A stretch of DNA of 64,000 bases from Phyllosticta citribraziliensis (lineage: Eukaryota), in NCBI RefSeq assembly GCF_038025025.1, contig NW_027117354.1, positions 186,001 to 250,000 on the forward strand, given 5' to 3'. The translations under genes were made by a program, and so were the position numbers. Under the pieces are notes generated by a model, which saw only the letters and a program-made list of their open reading frames with translations, did no database searches and was not told where the DNA came from. Positions 12,861 through 25,235 of this stretch are shown here, piece after piece; within the stretch, counting starts at the first letter, position 1, and each line of letters opens with the position of its first letter.

Positions 12861-14293
12861 ATGTCGTCGCCCAGCCTCTACGAGGATGACTTTGCCTCTG
12901 CCTTTGAGAGATTCTACGAGAGCAGGCCCGCGTCTTCCATCCACAACTCCAACACCGAAGACCTCACCAGAGCTCGCACCCTCCATCGCACCGCCAACGA
13001 CCTCTACGAACCTGCTTCGCCGACGTACTCTGACGACGCAAGCTCGCAAGACCAGCCTTCGCACTACGAGCTCGCCGCTGAAGAACTGATTGCCTCTGAC
13101 GACGAAACCTCTCACAACAACTCCGACGCGTCTCGCTGTGAACACGAGCGCGCCTCCAACATTGCCTCTCACCACGAGCACACCTCCGACGACGAACCCT
13201 CTAACGGCACGACTCGCTGTGACCACGAGCGCGCCTCCAAGATTGAACCTCACGAGCACACCTCTGACGCCAGCTCCGTCTACTCTCAACTCGCCGACGA
13301 CGCCTCGAGCACCCAAGACGCGACCATCACCATGTCTCCTCCCAACACGCCCTGCCAGCACACGGCGATCTACCCCGACCCATCCGTCGACTACCAGGCC
13401 GAAGCGCGCGTCTTGGTCAACAAGATCCTTCGCGACCCACGCCTCGAGCAGGCCGACGTCCAAGTGCTGCTGGAACACCTCCCGATGGTCCTCGCGCGCG
13501 GTCGCACCCCTCTCGAGTCGGCCTACATGTACCACAAGCTCTCCGACATGTCCGAGGACATTTGCTTCGTCTTGGCGTCCACCATGGACAGCCGCAAGGC
13601 GTCGCGCCCGGCCCTGCTGCGCTCGCTCGCCAACCACCTGTTGGGCATGATGAACCTTTTCTTCATCGGCATGGTACGTCCTCTCCATTCTGCTACCTCC
13701 GCCCTCACTAACTCCTCTAGGAACCCATCACCACCACCACCATCGACCTGTCCACGCTCTGCCCGTGCAACGCGCTCGGCCACGTGTGCCAGATCCCCAG
13801 CTGCACCGCGCAGCAGCACGTCTGCGTCGCCGTCGGCCTCACGGCCAGAGACAGCCTCGCTCTCGACCTGGGCGGCGGCATCCGCGAGATGCCTCCCCCA
13901 ACCATCTGCCCGGGCTCGTGCCGCTTGCCGCACGGCCTGCGCGCCGCCGACATCGTCTGCGCCGCGTTCTTCGACGACAGCGCCGCCCACGCCGACAACT
14001 GTCTCTTGGGCCACGACCAGCCGGCCCTGCGCCGTGCCGTGCTGGAGAAGCACCGCCGTCTGTGCCCTGTCGCCCGCAAGGCGGAGGAGAAGAGGAGGGA
14101 GGAGGAGGAGGCGGTGGAGGAGGAGGAGAAGGAGCAGGAGGAGGGCAGGGAGCCTCCGTCCAGCTCGGGTCGCCGCAATCCCGTCGGCGCTGGCCTCGTC
14201 GAGGACGGCCCGGCGCAGGAGAACGCGCGCCCTGAGCTGGCGGAGAGCTCGAGGAAGCGGAGCCTCTGGAACCTGCGTGCTTTCCGCAAGTAG
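12861..14293 (+). CDS. Hypothetical protein with an acidic, repetitive N-terminus and a C-terminal Cys/His-rich region resembling tandem CCCH fingers
   Basis: ATG 12861; intron 13674-13720 (gtacgt...ctaac...tag) shifts into the ORF-track frame ending at 14293; strong C/G third-position bias; LCPCNALGHVCQIPSCTAQQHVC...ICPGSCRLPH...VCAAFF...NCLLGH. Confidence 0.75.
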
Positions 14294-14489
14294 GTGGGGA
14301 GGGGGAGGAGAGGAGGGGATGGATTCAATTCTTGTACATTAGTTACTGCATGAGGACCAAGGGGTCTATCAGAAATCAAAATTGATCATACGCCGCCCAT
14401 GTACCCGTGAACGCCGCCAGTCTCCAGTCTCCAGGACGGGCCATCGAACGCCATTATCCCATACAAACCACAAACGTCAAACAGAAAGA

Positions 14490-15248
14490 TCAAGTCCGCG
14501 CCATCATCTCCCCCGTCAACCACTCCCTCAACTCGACATACTGCTGCTCCTCCGTAACAGAATAATACCCAGCACTGTACGCAAAGCCCACAGGCAGCGG
14601 ATCAACGCGACCAAACCGCACATCCCTCAAGCCCTTCAACAGCGTCAACGGCTGCAGCAGCTTGCGCGCCATGTCGACCGTCGGCCGGCTGATGGGGAAA
14701 TTGGTGACGCCATTCTGCCACTCGACGCTGACGCGCAGCTGGTCCAACGGCGCGCCCTCGTCCAGCAGCCGCGAGACGAAGTACTGCACGTACGCGGCCA
14801 CCATGTCGAACAGGTTGCCCTGCACCCACGCCGTGATCCGCAGCTCCAGCCGCCGCACGTTGCGTAGTAGACCGTCCCATGCGCCCTCCACGCCGAAGAT
14901 CTTGGTTGGCCCGCCGTGCTTCCCAAAGTCGTAGGCTGGGTACGTCATGTACCGGCCGCCGCACAGCACGATGCCGCTCGGGGTGATGCGCACTTCGAAG
15001 ACGGTGCGCGCGTACAGGTAGGCCGACGCTTCGGCGTGCGTGTCGCGGTTCAGACAGAGGATCTTGGTGGAGGTGGGGGAAGCGTCGTGGCGGAGCTCGC
15101 CGTGGGTGATGGCGTGGTAAGGGACGCTTTTGGTCGGGAAGAGGAGGTCGTAGATTTGAAGGCGTAGTTCGACGGGAAGCCGTTGGAGGAGTGAAGTTTG
15201 GCTTTGCGGGGCCCCGCGGGAGTCGACGGCGTAGTGGGGAGGCTCCAT
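14490..15248 (-). CDS. Fungal F-box-like N-terminal domain protein
   Basis: SLLQRLPVELRLQIYDLL followed by ILCLNRDTHAEASAYLYARTVF, the common fungal F-box-like/2EXR-related pattern; intronless, GC3-rich. Confidence 0.8.
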   Translation of the reverse strand: MEPPHYAVDSRGAPQSQTSLLQRLPVELRLQIYDLLFPTKSVPYHAITHGELRHDASPTSTKILCLNRDTHAEASAYLYARTVFEVRITPSGIVLCGGRYMTYPAYDFGKHGGPTKIFGVEGAWDGLLRNVRRLELRITAWVQGNLFDMVAAYVQYFVSRLLDEGAPLDQLRVSVEWQNGVTNFPISRPTVDMARKLLQPLTLLKGLRDVRFGRVDPLPVGFAYSAGYYSVTEEQQYVELREWLTGEMMART

Positions 15249-15674
15249 CGTCTGCGCTTTGATTTTTTCCTCCACAAAATGGTCGAGAGAAGTGCTTGTC
15301 GTTTTTCAATGTATTCCGGAACAGCCGGTGTCAAATGTCAAGGAATCGCTGACGTCAGCGTTGGGCGCAAGCCGCAGGAATATGTAGAAACTGGCAGACG
15401 TATGCCTTGACAAACGAGAGTCTTTTGTCGTTGTTGTGGGAGCGCCTCTGAATTTCTCACACCACCGCCTTGTGACGAAAGGGCGATGTGGGTCGGACAG
15501 TGCATATCTGCAACTGTTGCACGCACCGGAGATTTTTCGTCGACTCTCGGGCCGCCGCGATGTGTCGCTCGCCCGACAGCGCGAGATGCCGCCCGAGCCG
15601 TGTGCCTGATGCTCACGAGTCTTGCCTTTGCGTGTCCTGCATCTTACAAGTGTCTTTTGCGGTCCTGTTTTCCA

Positions 15675-16031
15675 TCACTCTTCATCTTCGTCCTGTGTCC
15701 AAGAGGTGGCCAGCATCCCAATCGTCATTGCGACGCCGACAGGAAGAGCGAGGATCCAAACCACGCGTCGAAGGGCACCCTGCTGTCCCGGCATCGACCG
15801 CATTTCCCGTCGCAGCGTATTGATGGTGGCTCGCCAGTCCGTCCGGCTGATTTCGACAATGAGGTAGCCTAGCGAAGGGCGCGAGAGAGATAAGCGTTGG
15901 CTGTCTTGAGCGTCTTTGGACGGCTTGGGCGGACTGGACTTCGGCGATGTCGAGGCGCGAGCGCGATGCGGGGAACGGCGGAGGATGAAGTGAGGGCGGA
16001 GTCGATGGACCGGTCGCAGGGTGTGCAGCAT
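15675..16031 (-). CDS. Possible small single-pass mitochondrial membrane protein (118 aa)
   Basis: MLHTLRPVHRLRPHFILRRSPHRARAST is Arg-rich and free of acidic residues (presequence-like); C-terminal hydrophobic VVWILALPVGVAMTIGMLATSW then DEDEE. Confidence 0.4.
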   Translation of the reverse strand: MLHTLRPVHRLRPHFILRRSPHRARASTSPKSSPPKPSKDAQDSQRLSLSRPSLGYLIVEISRTDWRATINTLRREMRSMPGQQGALRRVVWILALPVGVAMTIGMLATSWTQDEDEE

Positions 16032-16325
16032 GCTGCAGTGTTGGACGGTATGTTGATTGTCGGTGACGAGCCCCTCACGACGTCCACTGCCGAGTTGCAG
16101 CGGACGGGAATTGATTGCCGAGGTCATGCTGGTGCAACGGTGAGGGTTTGACGAGGAAAAACAACCATTATCCAGCATTTCTGCCAGAGTGACGATGATT
16201 TTGTCGCGAATTTGGTGAAATTTTGGCCGTGGTGTCAGTAGGTATTCGCCCTGATGACGAGTAAAAAAAAGCTGGAAAGATATCGTCGTGGTGCTTCGTC
16301 TGCATGTCTACTCTATCATCTACGT

Positions 16326-19300
16326 CTAATTCATAATATCTGAAGGATGACCAGCAGCAATGACTCTCGAGGAGTCAAGGACAATGCAATAGTCTGCATC
16401 TTTGACTGCCTCAACGCGATGTGCAACTGTAATGACGGTGCTCTCGCGCAGTTCTTCTCGCAAAACTTCTTGTACCCAAAGTGCCGTCTCCATGTCTATT
16501 GAAGCAGTAGCCTGACAAGTTAGCGGATGATCTGTGAGTGGGAGAAGTAATTACCTCGTCTAGAATAACAACAGGGCTGCGTCTCAAAACGGCGCGTCCA
16601 ATTCCTACGAGCTGTCTCTGGCCTTGGCTGAGATTCTTGCCGCCCCCTTCGATGCGGGAGGACAGAGACCATTCGGGGCCGAGTATGCGGAGGATAATCG
16701 CGGCGCACTCTTCGTCCGAGTGATCGTTGATGGGGTCGAGGTTCTGGCGTAGCGTTCCAGGAAACAAGACGGGGTCCTGGGCAACAAAACTCTGCTTTTG
16801 TCAGCTGCTGCATAGAAAAAACAAAGGGAACACACAATCCGTTGACGCCACGCATGGACGTTGACCTTGGAAATATCCATGTTTCCAACTCGAATTTGAC
16901 CACCAGGTTGTGGAAGGACTGTAGACGTCAGCGATTGTTGTCGTAGTAGATCGATCTGCTTACTCGTAGCAAGAAGCGTCAACGCCAAAGTACTCTTTCC
17001 AGACCCTGTACGTCCAATGACGGCCGTAGTCGATCTTCCAGGAATGTGAAAGCTGACTTCCGACAAGGATGGCTCCAAATGAGGAGCGTACTTTACAGTG
17101 ACATTATCAAAAACAATGTCATCGCCGTACGCTGGCCACGAAGCTGGCGGATCAACCGTCCCCTCCGGCTCTTCTTCAATGTGCAGCAGTTCCACCACAC
17201 GTTCAACCGACACGAAGTCCATCTGAAGCTGGCCGTATTGCTTACACAGGGAGTGCGTGGCAACGACAAAGTTGGATGCAGTCGTCAGCATGAAGGCCGT
17301 CAAACCCGGCGAAAGGTTGTCGTAGAGCGCCAAAAGGGTGAGCGCAAAGGTTGAAAAGGCCGAAAGAGCATCGAATCGGTACATGAGCCAAGCTTGAAGA
17401 CTCCAGTAAAAGTGATCCATCTTTTGAAAGGCATCCGTAACTCGAATGACGCGGTCTTGAAAGTCGTGTTGGGCACGGAATGCGCGGATAGTCGTCAAGC
17501 CATCGAGCAGCACGCCAAAGTTGGACATGAGCGGGGAGAGAGAAACCATCTCAAGTCGACGCAGGCTCTGCGAGGTGGGCAAAAATCGAAAGAAGATGAA
17601 AACGAACCACGCCGTGAGAACGCAGGAAAAGACGAGAAAGACGGGAGTGACTGATGCAATGACAACGATGGAAGAAACCCAGGCGATAACGTACCAGGCC
17701 ACATTCTGTAGCTTGTCGCTGATTCCACCGTCCAGAGTACCAATGTCAGAAGTCAGCCTGTTCATCAAGCGTCCAACCGGGGTGACGTCGTAAAAGCGAA
17801 AGGTTGCTCGGCTGACGCGTTGCATGACTGCCTTGTAAAGACGCTTGCCCGCCGTGTATACAATGACGAGCAAGAGTCCGTCCGAAATGAAGTAGACAAC
17901 GGCTTGAATCAAGGCGATGACGAGGTAGGCCAGCAGCCAGGGATGGACGTTGGATTCCGGGAATGGAAATTTGTCAAACACTCCAGAAAGACCATTGTCA
18001 AACAGGCCGGAGAAGATGGAGTTGATGCGTTCGCGAGGGCGGTTGTAGGCTTCTCCCCAAGCTTTGAGGAACCAGTAGTTCAGCAGTCTGTTCACGCGAA
18101 ACAGCGCAAACATGAAGAGCAGGAGGAGCCACCACTTGAGTTTTCCTGCCTTGATGTATTGCCAGTACACCGAAGCGACGACTCCGCCTTCTGCTCGATG
18201 CTCTTCCTCAATGAATTTGTCGGGAACTGCAGCAAGCTGTTGCTCGTCGTGGAGTTTTATGTCTTCTTCGACGTGGGTCTCCTCCGTCTCAACAGTTTTG
18301 GACAGACTCGCTTTGGCCTCGGAATCGAGAATGTGAGCCTTGCCCTCGGAAATCTCCACGACGCAGTCTGCCAAGTGACAAACCAAATCAAGACGATGAG
18401 TGACCAACAAGACTGTCCTTCCTTCCAGCAGCGGAAAGCGGAAGAGCCGTTTGACAATGGTTTCGGCAGTGTTGTGGTCGAGAGCGGCCAGGGGGTCGTC
18501 GAGGAGAAGAATCCGAGCAGGACTGTAGATTGCTCTGGCTAGAGCCACTCTTGCGCGTTGGCCTCCTGACAAACCAATGCCATTCTCGCCCAGGTCCGAC
18601 AAGTCGCCGTGCTTGAAATTTGCAAGATCCGGAGTGAGCGCACAAGCCTCCAAGACTTGTTTGTAGCGACGTTCTTGAAAAGGCGAGGAAAAGAGAATGT
18701 TTTGCCGAATATTCATGTGCTGCAGCCAAGGAGACTGTGCGCAGTAAGCCATCATCTCATCTGGTAGCCTAGTCTCGCCACCAAGTGCATCAAGTTCCCC
18801 AAGAACAGCCTGTAGAAGAGCCGTCTTGCCAGCTCCAACCTTGCCGCAAATAATTGTCAGTCCGTTGGGAAATTCCATATTGACCTTGTCCAGCACTGGG
18901 CTGGTGTAGCCCGGCCAGGCAAACGACGCATTTTCAAACGAGATTTCCGACGCTCCATCATCAGAGTAGCGGTCTTGCTTGTCTGGCTCCTGCATGAAAT
19001 CCTCGATACGTCCCATGGCAACGGCGGCGTTGAGCAAGACGGTAATGAGTCCAGGAAGCTCCTTCAACGAGGTTGCCAGCAGATTGAAAAGCTGAAGCGC
19101 GGGGAAGGCAACGTCGACAGAAAGGGGAAGACCAGCAATGACGGTGTAGGCCCAAAAGGAGACAACCGGGAACAAAACCGTGGCAAGCATGTTGGTAGTG
19201 GCAATGGAAATGTTCCAAAGACTCGTCACAACTCGCAAGCGCAATTCTTTTCGTCGTGCATCCATGATTCTATCGAGCCACTTGGTCTGCCAGTCATACC

Positions 19301-20998
19301 AGCGGAGATGGCGGATAGCTTCGACAAACTGAGAGGTGACTTGGAGTCGGAGGTCTGTAGCAGCTCTGCGAACACGTTCCCATTTGAGAAGCATGCGAAC
19401 GAGAATTGCATTGAGCACCTGGACCACAATGACACATGCCATTCCCAGGAGACAGGGCCATCCAAGAATTTTCCAGACGAGAATGACGGAGAAGACGAGT
19501 TGCAGAGGTTTGGTGAAGATGTTGGGGAATTCCCAGAACCTATATCATTAGCTTCGGATTGAATGCATCTGGTATACATACCTCTGCGCGACCTCGTACA
19601 CGTCTCCCCTGTTGTTGTTAGCTTGGCTGGAAATCGAGAGGAGAAACGTACCTCAAAAGGTTCAAAATCTTGCCCATTGTAGCCGGCTGCTTCGGGGGCT
19701 TTTCTGGTGCCTTTATTTTGGATTTGCTGAGTGAAAAGATCAAGGAGATCTTGTTCTTGAGCCTCTGCAGCGAGGTTTTACCCTCGCCGTCGTCCACTAT
19801 CCCATTTTGCTTTTCTTCTTGCTTTTCGCTCCCATGAAAACCAAACGATTTTCTTGTTAGGGCTTTTTCATACACCATGGTAATCATCTCGCCTCTTGAT
19901 CTCTCATAACAGCGTCTGCAATACCAGAGAGAAAAGACAGACGACTGCGCGGCAACAAGTCGTACGACCAGAATGAGGGCAGCGTAAATGATGGCAGCCC
20001 GATTGGATCCATTTTCCAATTCGATTGAACGCAGAAGCTGTTGCAGAAGAACGGGGGTGGACAAATTGGCTACCAGCTCCACAAACCCAAGGGTAGAAGT
20101 AGTGATGAGATCAAGACCATTGGCTTTGAATAGTCGACGAACGACGGACCCTCGGAGATCTCGAAAGAGGAGATGTAGTCTGGTGTGTTGAAAATCAAAA
20201 GGCAGGTTCCACACATCGGCGTCATGAAGCTGTCTCTTGTAACCACGTGATATGAGAGGCGACATCCAAGAGACAGTCATGAATTGCCATAGCGTCAAGT
20301 TGTCTTCTGGACTGCGGAGCTCCGAGGTTGGTTCTTTGAAAGGTTGGCTGATTCCAGAGGATTCCAAAGTAGGATTGCGCATTGGCATGACCAGAATGAT
20401 GACTACAGCCAGCAAATTGACTCCGGCCTGGGCAATCAAGAACGGATCAAGAACCTGCCAATCGGACCAAAGGATTTGAGCGACATTGCAGCCAAGCGTG
20501 GAGAAAAAGAGGACCATGAGAAGCTTGGGAGTCGATCTCGGCCTGTCAATGGCCAGCAGAAGCAATGACACAACCTGATTCATGATTAGTGAACATAATT
20601 TCATAATGAGAAGGACGTACCCATGGCGAGATGTCAATAAAATTGGAAACTCTTGTACGAGCAAGACTGGCAGAAACAATGGCCAAGACAAGTCCAGCAG
20701 CAGAGAGGACAATCAAACTGATTGGCCAGAAGGATATCCGTTTCGTAGGTCTTGGAGGGTTTTGATCAATTTCCGAAGCAAAGGCTTTGCACCATTGCGG
20801 ACCTTTGGAGAGTATTGGAAGAAGACAACGAGACACGAAAACTAGAGCTGCAACGGCTGCTGGAGCAATGGACAGATACAGCTGCAGGCTTGATGTGGTA
20901 GCGGTTGATGTCGGGCCGATGGGCTTGGGCTGGTGACATGATGGAAAACAGGCGTCCCAGTAGAGAGCGGTAGAACCGTCAAAAGCAAGAGAATTCAT
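16326..20998 (-). CDS. ABC transporter, ABCC/MRP family (Ybt1/Bpt1-like), multi-exon
   Basis: NBD1: GKVGAGKT, GENGIGLSGGQ, LLLDDPLAALD. NBD2: GRTGSGKS, NLSQGQRQL, VILDEATASID, ITVAHR. Two TMDs plus an N-terminal TM extension; six short introns including a 27-nt exon at 19582-19608; stop TAG at 16326-16328. Confidence 0.95.
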
Positions 20999-21130
20999 CC
21001 CAGCGGTGACCTGGGAGAAGACAGCAGCATGCCGAGCGACGAGGAAGAGTGGTGGTGGTGAATGACGCGTGTCGAGAGAGCCGTCACGCAAATCAGGCAT
21101 CGACCCGCGCCGCCCACCTTAGGTTCCGCT

Positions 21131-21143
21131 CTTATCTCTTATC
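21131..21143 (-). promoter_or_regulatory. Tandem GATAAG sites in the 293-bp divergent ABC/SDR promoter
   Basis: cttatc-t-cttatc = two GATAAG on the minus strand, followed by the palindrome ccgatcgg. Confidence 0.3.
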
Positions 21144-21291
21144 GCCGATCGGATCTTTCTCGCGCCGAGAGCCGACACCAGAGCCCCACCCGACGATCCT
21201 GCGTCATGCCTCGTTTCCTCTCCAACTGAACTTTTCCATCCTCTCTCTCCACCACTCAATCCTTCCTCTCTCTCCACATCAATTCTTCAGC

Positions 21292-22155
21292 ATGCATCTC
21301 AATCTCGCCGGAAAGGTCGTCCTCGTCACTGGTGAGGTCTCCCCTCAGCAATGAAAGCTCCGCGTTGACGTTGTCAGGTGGAACAAAGGGCATTGGCCGC
21401 GCCATTGTTCAAACATTGTACGTCCTCCACCTCAATCCATCGATTCCACTGACCCTTCCAGCCTCTCTGAAGGCGCACACGTCCATCTCTGCTCCCGTAC
21501 GCAGCAGGATGTCACAGACACCGTCGAGAAGCTTCAATCCCAAGCTACTCAGTCTGGAGGCTTCGTCATGGGTGCCGCAGTCGATGTGTCAAACGAGAAG
21601 CAGATTGTCGACTGGGTAAAGTCGAGTGTCGAAGCCAGTGGCAAAATCGACGTCGTTGTCTCGAACGTTTCTGCTTTGTCCATGGGCAATGACACTGCCG
21701 CATGGTCCACAGCTTTTCAAGTCGACATTCTCGGTACCGTGGCCTTGGTCAACGCCGCTTTGCCCTATCTGGAAAAGAGCAAGGGTTCCATTGTGGGCAT
21801 TTCCTCCGTCTCTGGCCGCGACGTCGATTTCACTGCCCCCTCGCCGTATGGAGCTCTTAAGGCTTCTTTGACCCACTACATGGCCCAACTCGCCCGCACG
21901 CACGCGTCAAAGGGCATCAGGGCCAACACCGTCAGTCCCGGCAACATCTACGCCGCCGATGGTGTCTGGGGGAGCATCGAGAGAGGAAACCCCGAGCTCT
22001 TCAACTCGCAGCTGGCCAAGAACCCTACCGGACGAATGGGTTCCGTCGAAGAGGTTGCCAATGCCGTGGTCTTCCTTTCCAGCTCCAAAGCTTCCTTCAT
22101 CAGCGGCACGAATCTTTTGGTCGACGGCGCCTTGTGCACGGGTGTCCAGCAGTAG
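21292..22155 (+). CDS. Classical short-chain dehydrogenase/reductase (FabG/tropinone reductase-like)
   Basis: MHLNLAGKVVLVTG|GTKGIGRAIV (TGxxxGIG across an intron), GKIDVVVSN, SSVSG, YGALK (YxxxK), GIRANTVSPG, ASFISGTNLLVDGA; two short introns. Confidence 0.93.
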
Positions 22156-22852
22156 TTGACGTGGATAGCGAATCAATATGATCTGGCCGTCCCGATCTGG
22201 TGGCCATGTTTCAAGGCTATGAACGCGTCAGGGGACTGCTCAAGTCAATGACAAGGTGGATGCTCAAGTCAGGAACTGCCTCGAGAACCGGGTGCTCACA
22301 AATATCGCCGGCAGAGGAAACGCTATCAATCGTTCAACCGCCAATGAAATGTTGTCCGGGATTCTCCACATTTATTACCCCGGATCTGCACAGGGATCAC
22401 AATCAAGCCGAACCCAGGATTCTGCTCGACGCACAAAGCCTTCTGCAGACAAGTGGACTCGCAGTGGGTTGCCAAGGGCTTGTCGCAGGTTCTCGGCCCC
22501 AATTGATGAAGTCTTTCTGCTTGGAGAAAATGTGCAGCACTCGTGATGGCTGCAGCACTCCAAAACAAGCTGCGGGCAGCATTTCTTGATGCCGAAGCCT
22601 CAACTCAAAAGACGAATTTAAATCATTGATGCTGAGTCGCAGCGTCGGCAACCAATGAAACGAAACAGAGTTTCGCCAAACTTGATCCCATGGCCAAACA
22701 GTCACCACCTCTTCGGAAATACCCTGATCCGTTCCCTTCCCCTCCATGGGTGAATGTCGCTCGGCTTAACCCGAAGCCAAAGGAGAGGGGTTGGATATAT
22801 ATGGCTGATCGCCGGCGCATATTCTAGAGAGCGTAACGACCGCTCAACCACC

Positions 22853-24681
22853 ATGGGGCCAACGCAAGCGCAACAGCATCTCGCTCGAAGGTGAGTGGAG
22901 TCTGCGTTTGGAGATCGAGACTGACAATACCTAGCCATGCTCATGAAGAAGATATACCTGGGACTGTAAACCTCCAAGCGCAAGAGGGTGACGATACGGC
23001 CCTTGGTCAGGCACTTTTCCCAGTACCGGCAGACGACCCCAATGACCCTTTGCAGTGGCCCAACTGGAAAAAGACTACCATCTTGGTGCTCTTGTCTTTT
23101 TATTCGTTCCTCGGGAATTCAGCTCTTCTCGGACCCTCTGTCTACATTCAGATTTACTCGAAAGAGTTTGGAATCTCCCCGACCACCGCCTCAAACCTGA
23201 TTTCGTACCCAAACTTGATCTATGGCTTTGGGTCCCTCCTTTTGGTTCCCGCCTATCTCAAGTTTGGTCGTAGGCCTGTGATGCTAGTCTCCATGACAAT
23301 GGTTGTCCCCCATTTCGCACTTGAAATCTCTTCGCTGACTTGATCAGTACGTTTTTGGACTTCTGGGGGCATCTCGCGCCCATAGCTATGGCGGCTTGAT
23401 GGCAGCCCGTCTCGTCCATGCCCTGGGAAGTGGGGTCTGTGAAGCCCTCCCTGTCCAGCTTGTCAACGACATCTTTTTTCTCCACGAGCGCGGCAAACGT
23501 ATCGGCTACTACACCATTGCGCTATGTTGGGGAGCGACTGGACCGCTCTACGCTGGTTACATGTTGGCTGGCGGCTACTCCTGGCGACTTTATTTCTACG
23601 TGGAGCTCGCTTTCGCCGCCGCTCTATTGGTTCTCTCCTTCATCTTTGTCGAAGAGACCATGTACAAACGCGACACCGGTCAAACTTCATCCAACTCTTC
23701 TGACAAGGACGTCGGCGAGAAGATGACCGCCGTCGAGCGCCTCGAATCTGTCCCAGTTGTTCCACCACGCAAAACCTTCCGCGAGCAACTTAAAGTCTGG
23801 AGTGGCATCGACCACTCGGTGTCGTTTTTCCTCACTGCCGGTCGGTCCTTTACCTACTTCATGGTTCCCTCTGTGTTGTGGGTCATTACCAGCTTTGGAA
23901 TCTACATTGGACTCGGTGGACTCGCCTTCAACTACACTTTTCCGATCAAAATTGTCGCGCCTCCCTACAACTGGTCTCCGGAAAATTCGGGACTAATTGC
24001 TCTCGGTAACATCATTGGATATGGGTATGTCTCCCTTTCTACCTTTGTCTCTCCCCTCCTAACATTCTCAGGCTCGCAATTCCCTTCACGCCTACTTCAG
24101 ACTATCTTGCCGCCCGGCTCACACGGAAAAATAATGGCATTCGGGAAGCAGAGATGCGACTTGGAGTTATGCTCCCTGCGATGGTGGTAGGACCGATTGG
24201 CCTGATTGTGTATGGTATGGTTGCGCAGCGAAATTTGCACTGGGTAAGTTGCCTGTCTGAAGGAATTCCTAGTCTAATCCTAGCAGATTGGATACTTTGC
24301 TGGTGTCACCATGGTCGATTGGGCCAGCTACTTCTACTTTACCTTCGCTCTTGCATATTCCGTCGACTCTTACAACGCCAACACCTCGGAAATGCTTATT
24401 GCAATGAATCTCGGGAAGCAAGCCATAAGCTTTGGAATGGGGTGAGTTCTTTCTCTTGATTTGGGAATCCACTGACATCTGGTAGGTTCAAGCTCCTGGA
24501 CTGGATTTTGGAATCAGGCTATGCGAATGTGATTGCAGGGGCATTCACAGTGGTCCTCGTTCTCAACAATTTCGCTCTTCTTCTCTTCATGTGGAAAGGA
24601 AAGAGTATTCGCCGCTTCTTTTCGCAAACCTGGTTGGCTCGTATGCACAAAAAGACCATCAGGGCCGTCGAAACTGCGTAA
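22853..24681 (+). CDS. MFS transporter (Hol1/DHA1-like)
   Basis: LFPVPADDPNDPLQWPNWKK, KFGRRPVML, DIFFLHERG, SWRLYF, FIFVEETMY, AEMRL; multiple TM segments; five short introns; stop TAA at 24679-24681. Confidence 0.92.
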
Positions 24682-25235
24682 CGAGTTCTTTTGTCAGTCT
24701 CTACCGAACGGTGCCGAATTCCTTGTCGCACGACTGCTGTGTACATCTGTAATACATTCTTTCAGGTCGATCCTGCATCCAGTCGGGTTATTCTTTGCCG
24801 AGGTACCCCAGAAATTTCCAAACTGATTTGGACCCACGCGAATACTGACGCGTCTAATGACAGCCATTGACCAACAGGCTTCCGATCTTCACGTCCTCAC
24901 ATGTTGGGCCTGCAGTGGCGGCATGCCTTCCGCATGGATTAATTGGCCGGGAACAAAGAAGACGATAACACGAAAAGAAACCAACTATCCTGCTCGGTAA
25001 TGGTCAGACCTTGGCATTCAACCGCGCGAGTTGGGGCAACTAGCCCGGCGGTAGAGTCGATCGCTCCAGTTTCCCCGCCTCCCCGCATCAACTGTTCACG
25101 CGCCTCACCCACCAAACTAATCAGCCTGAAGACAACATGTCCTGAGCCTCCAACTCAAATGTGAGCCTCTTCCATATTGCATGGAGCACACATTTCCGTC
25201 GCTCATTCCGAAGTTTTGCTAATTATTCAGCGGTC

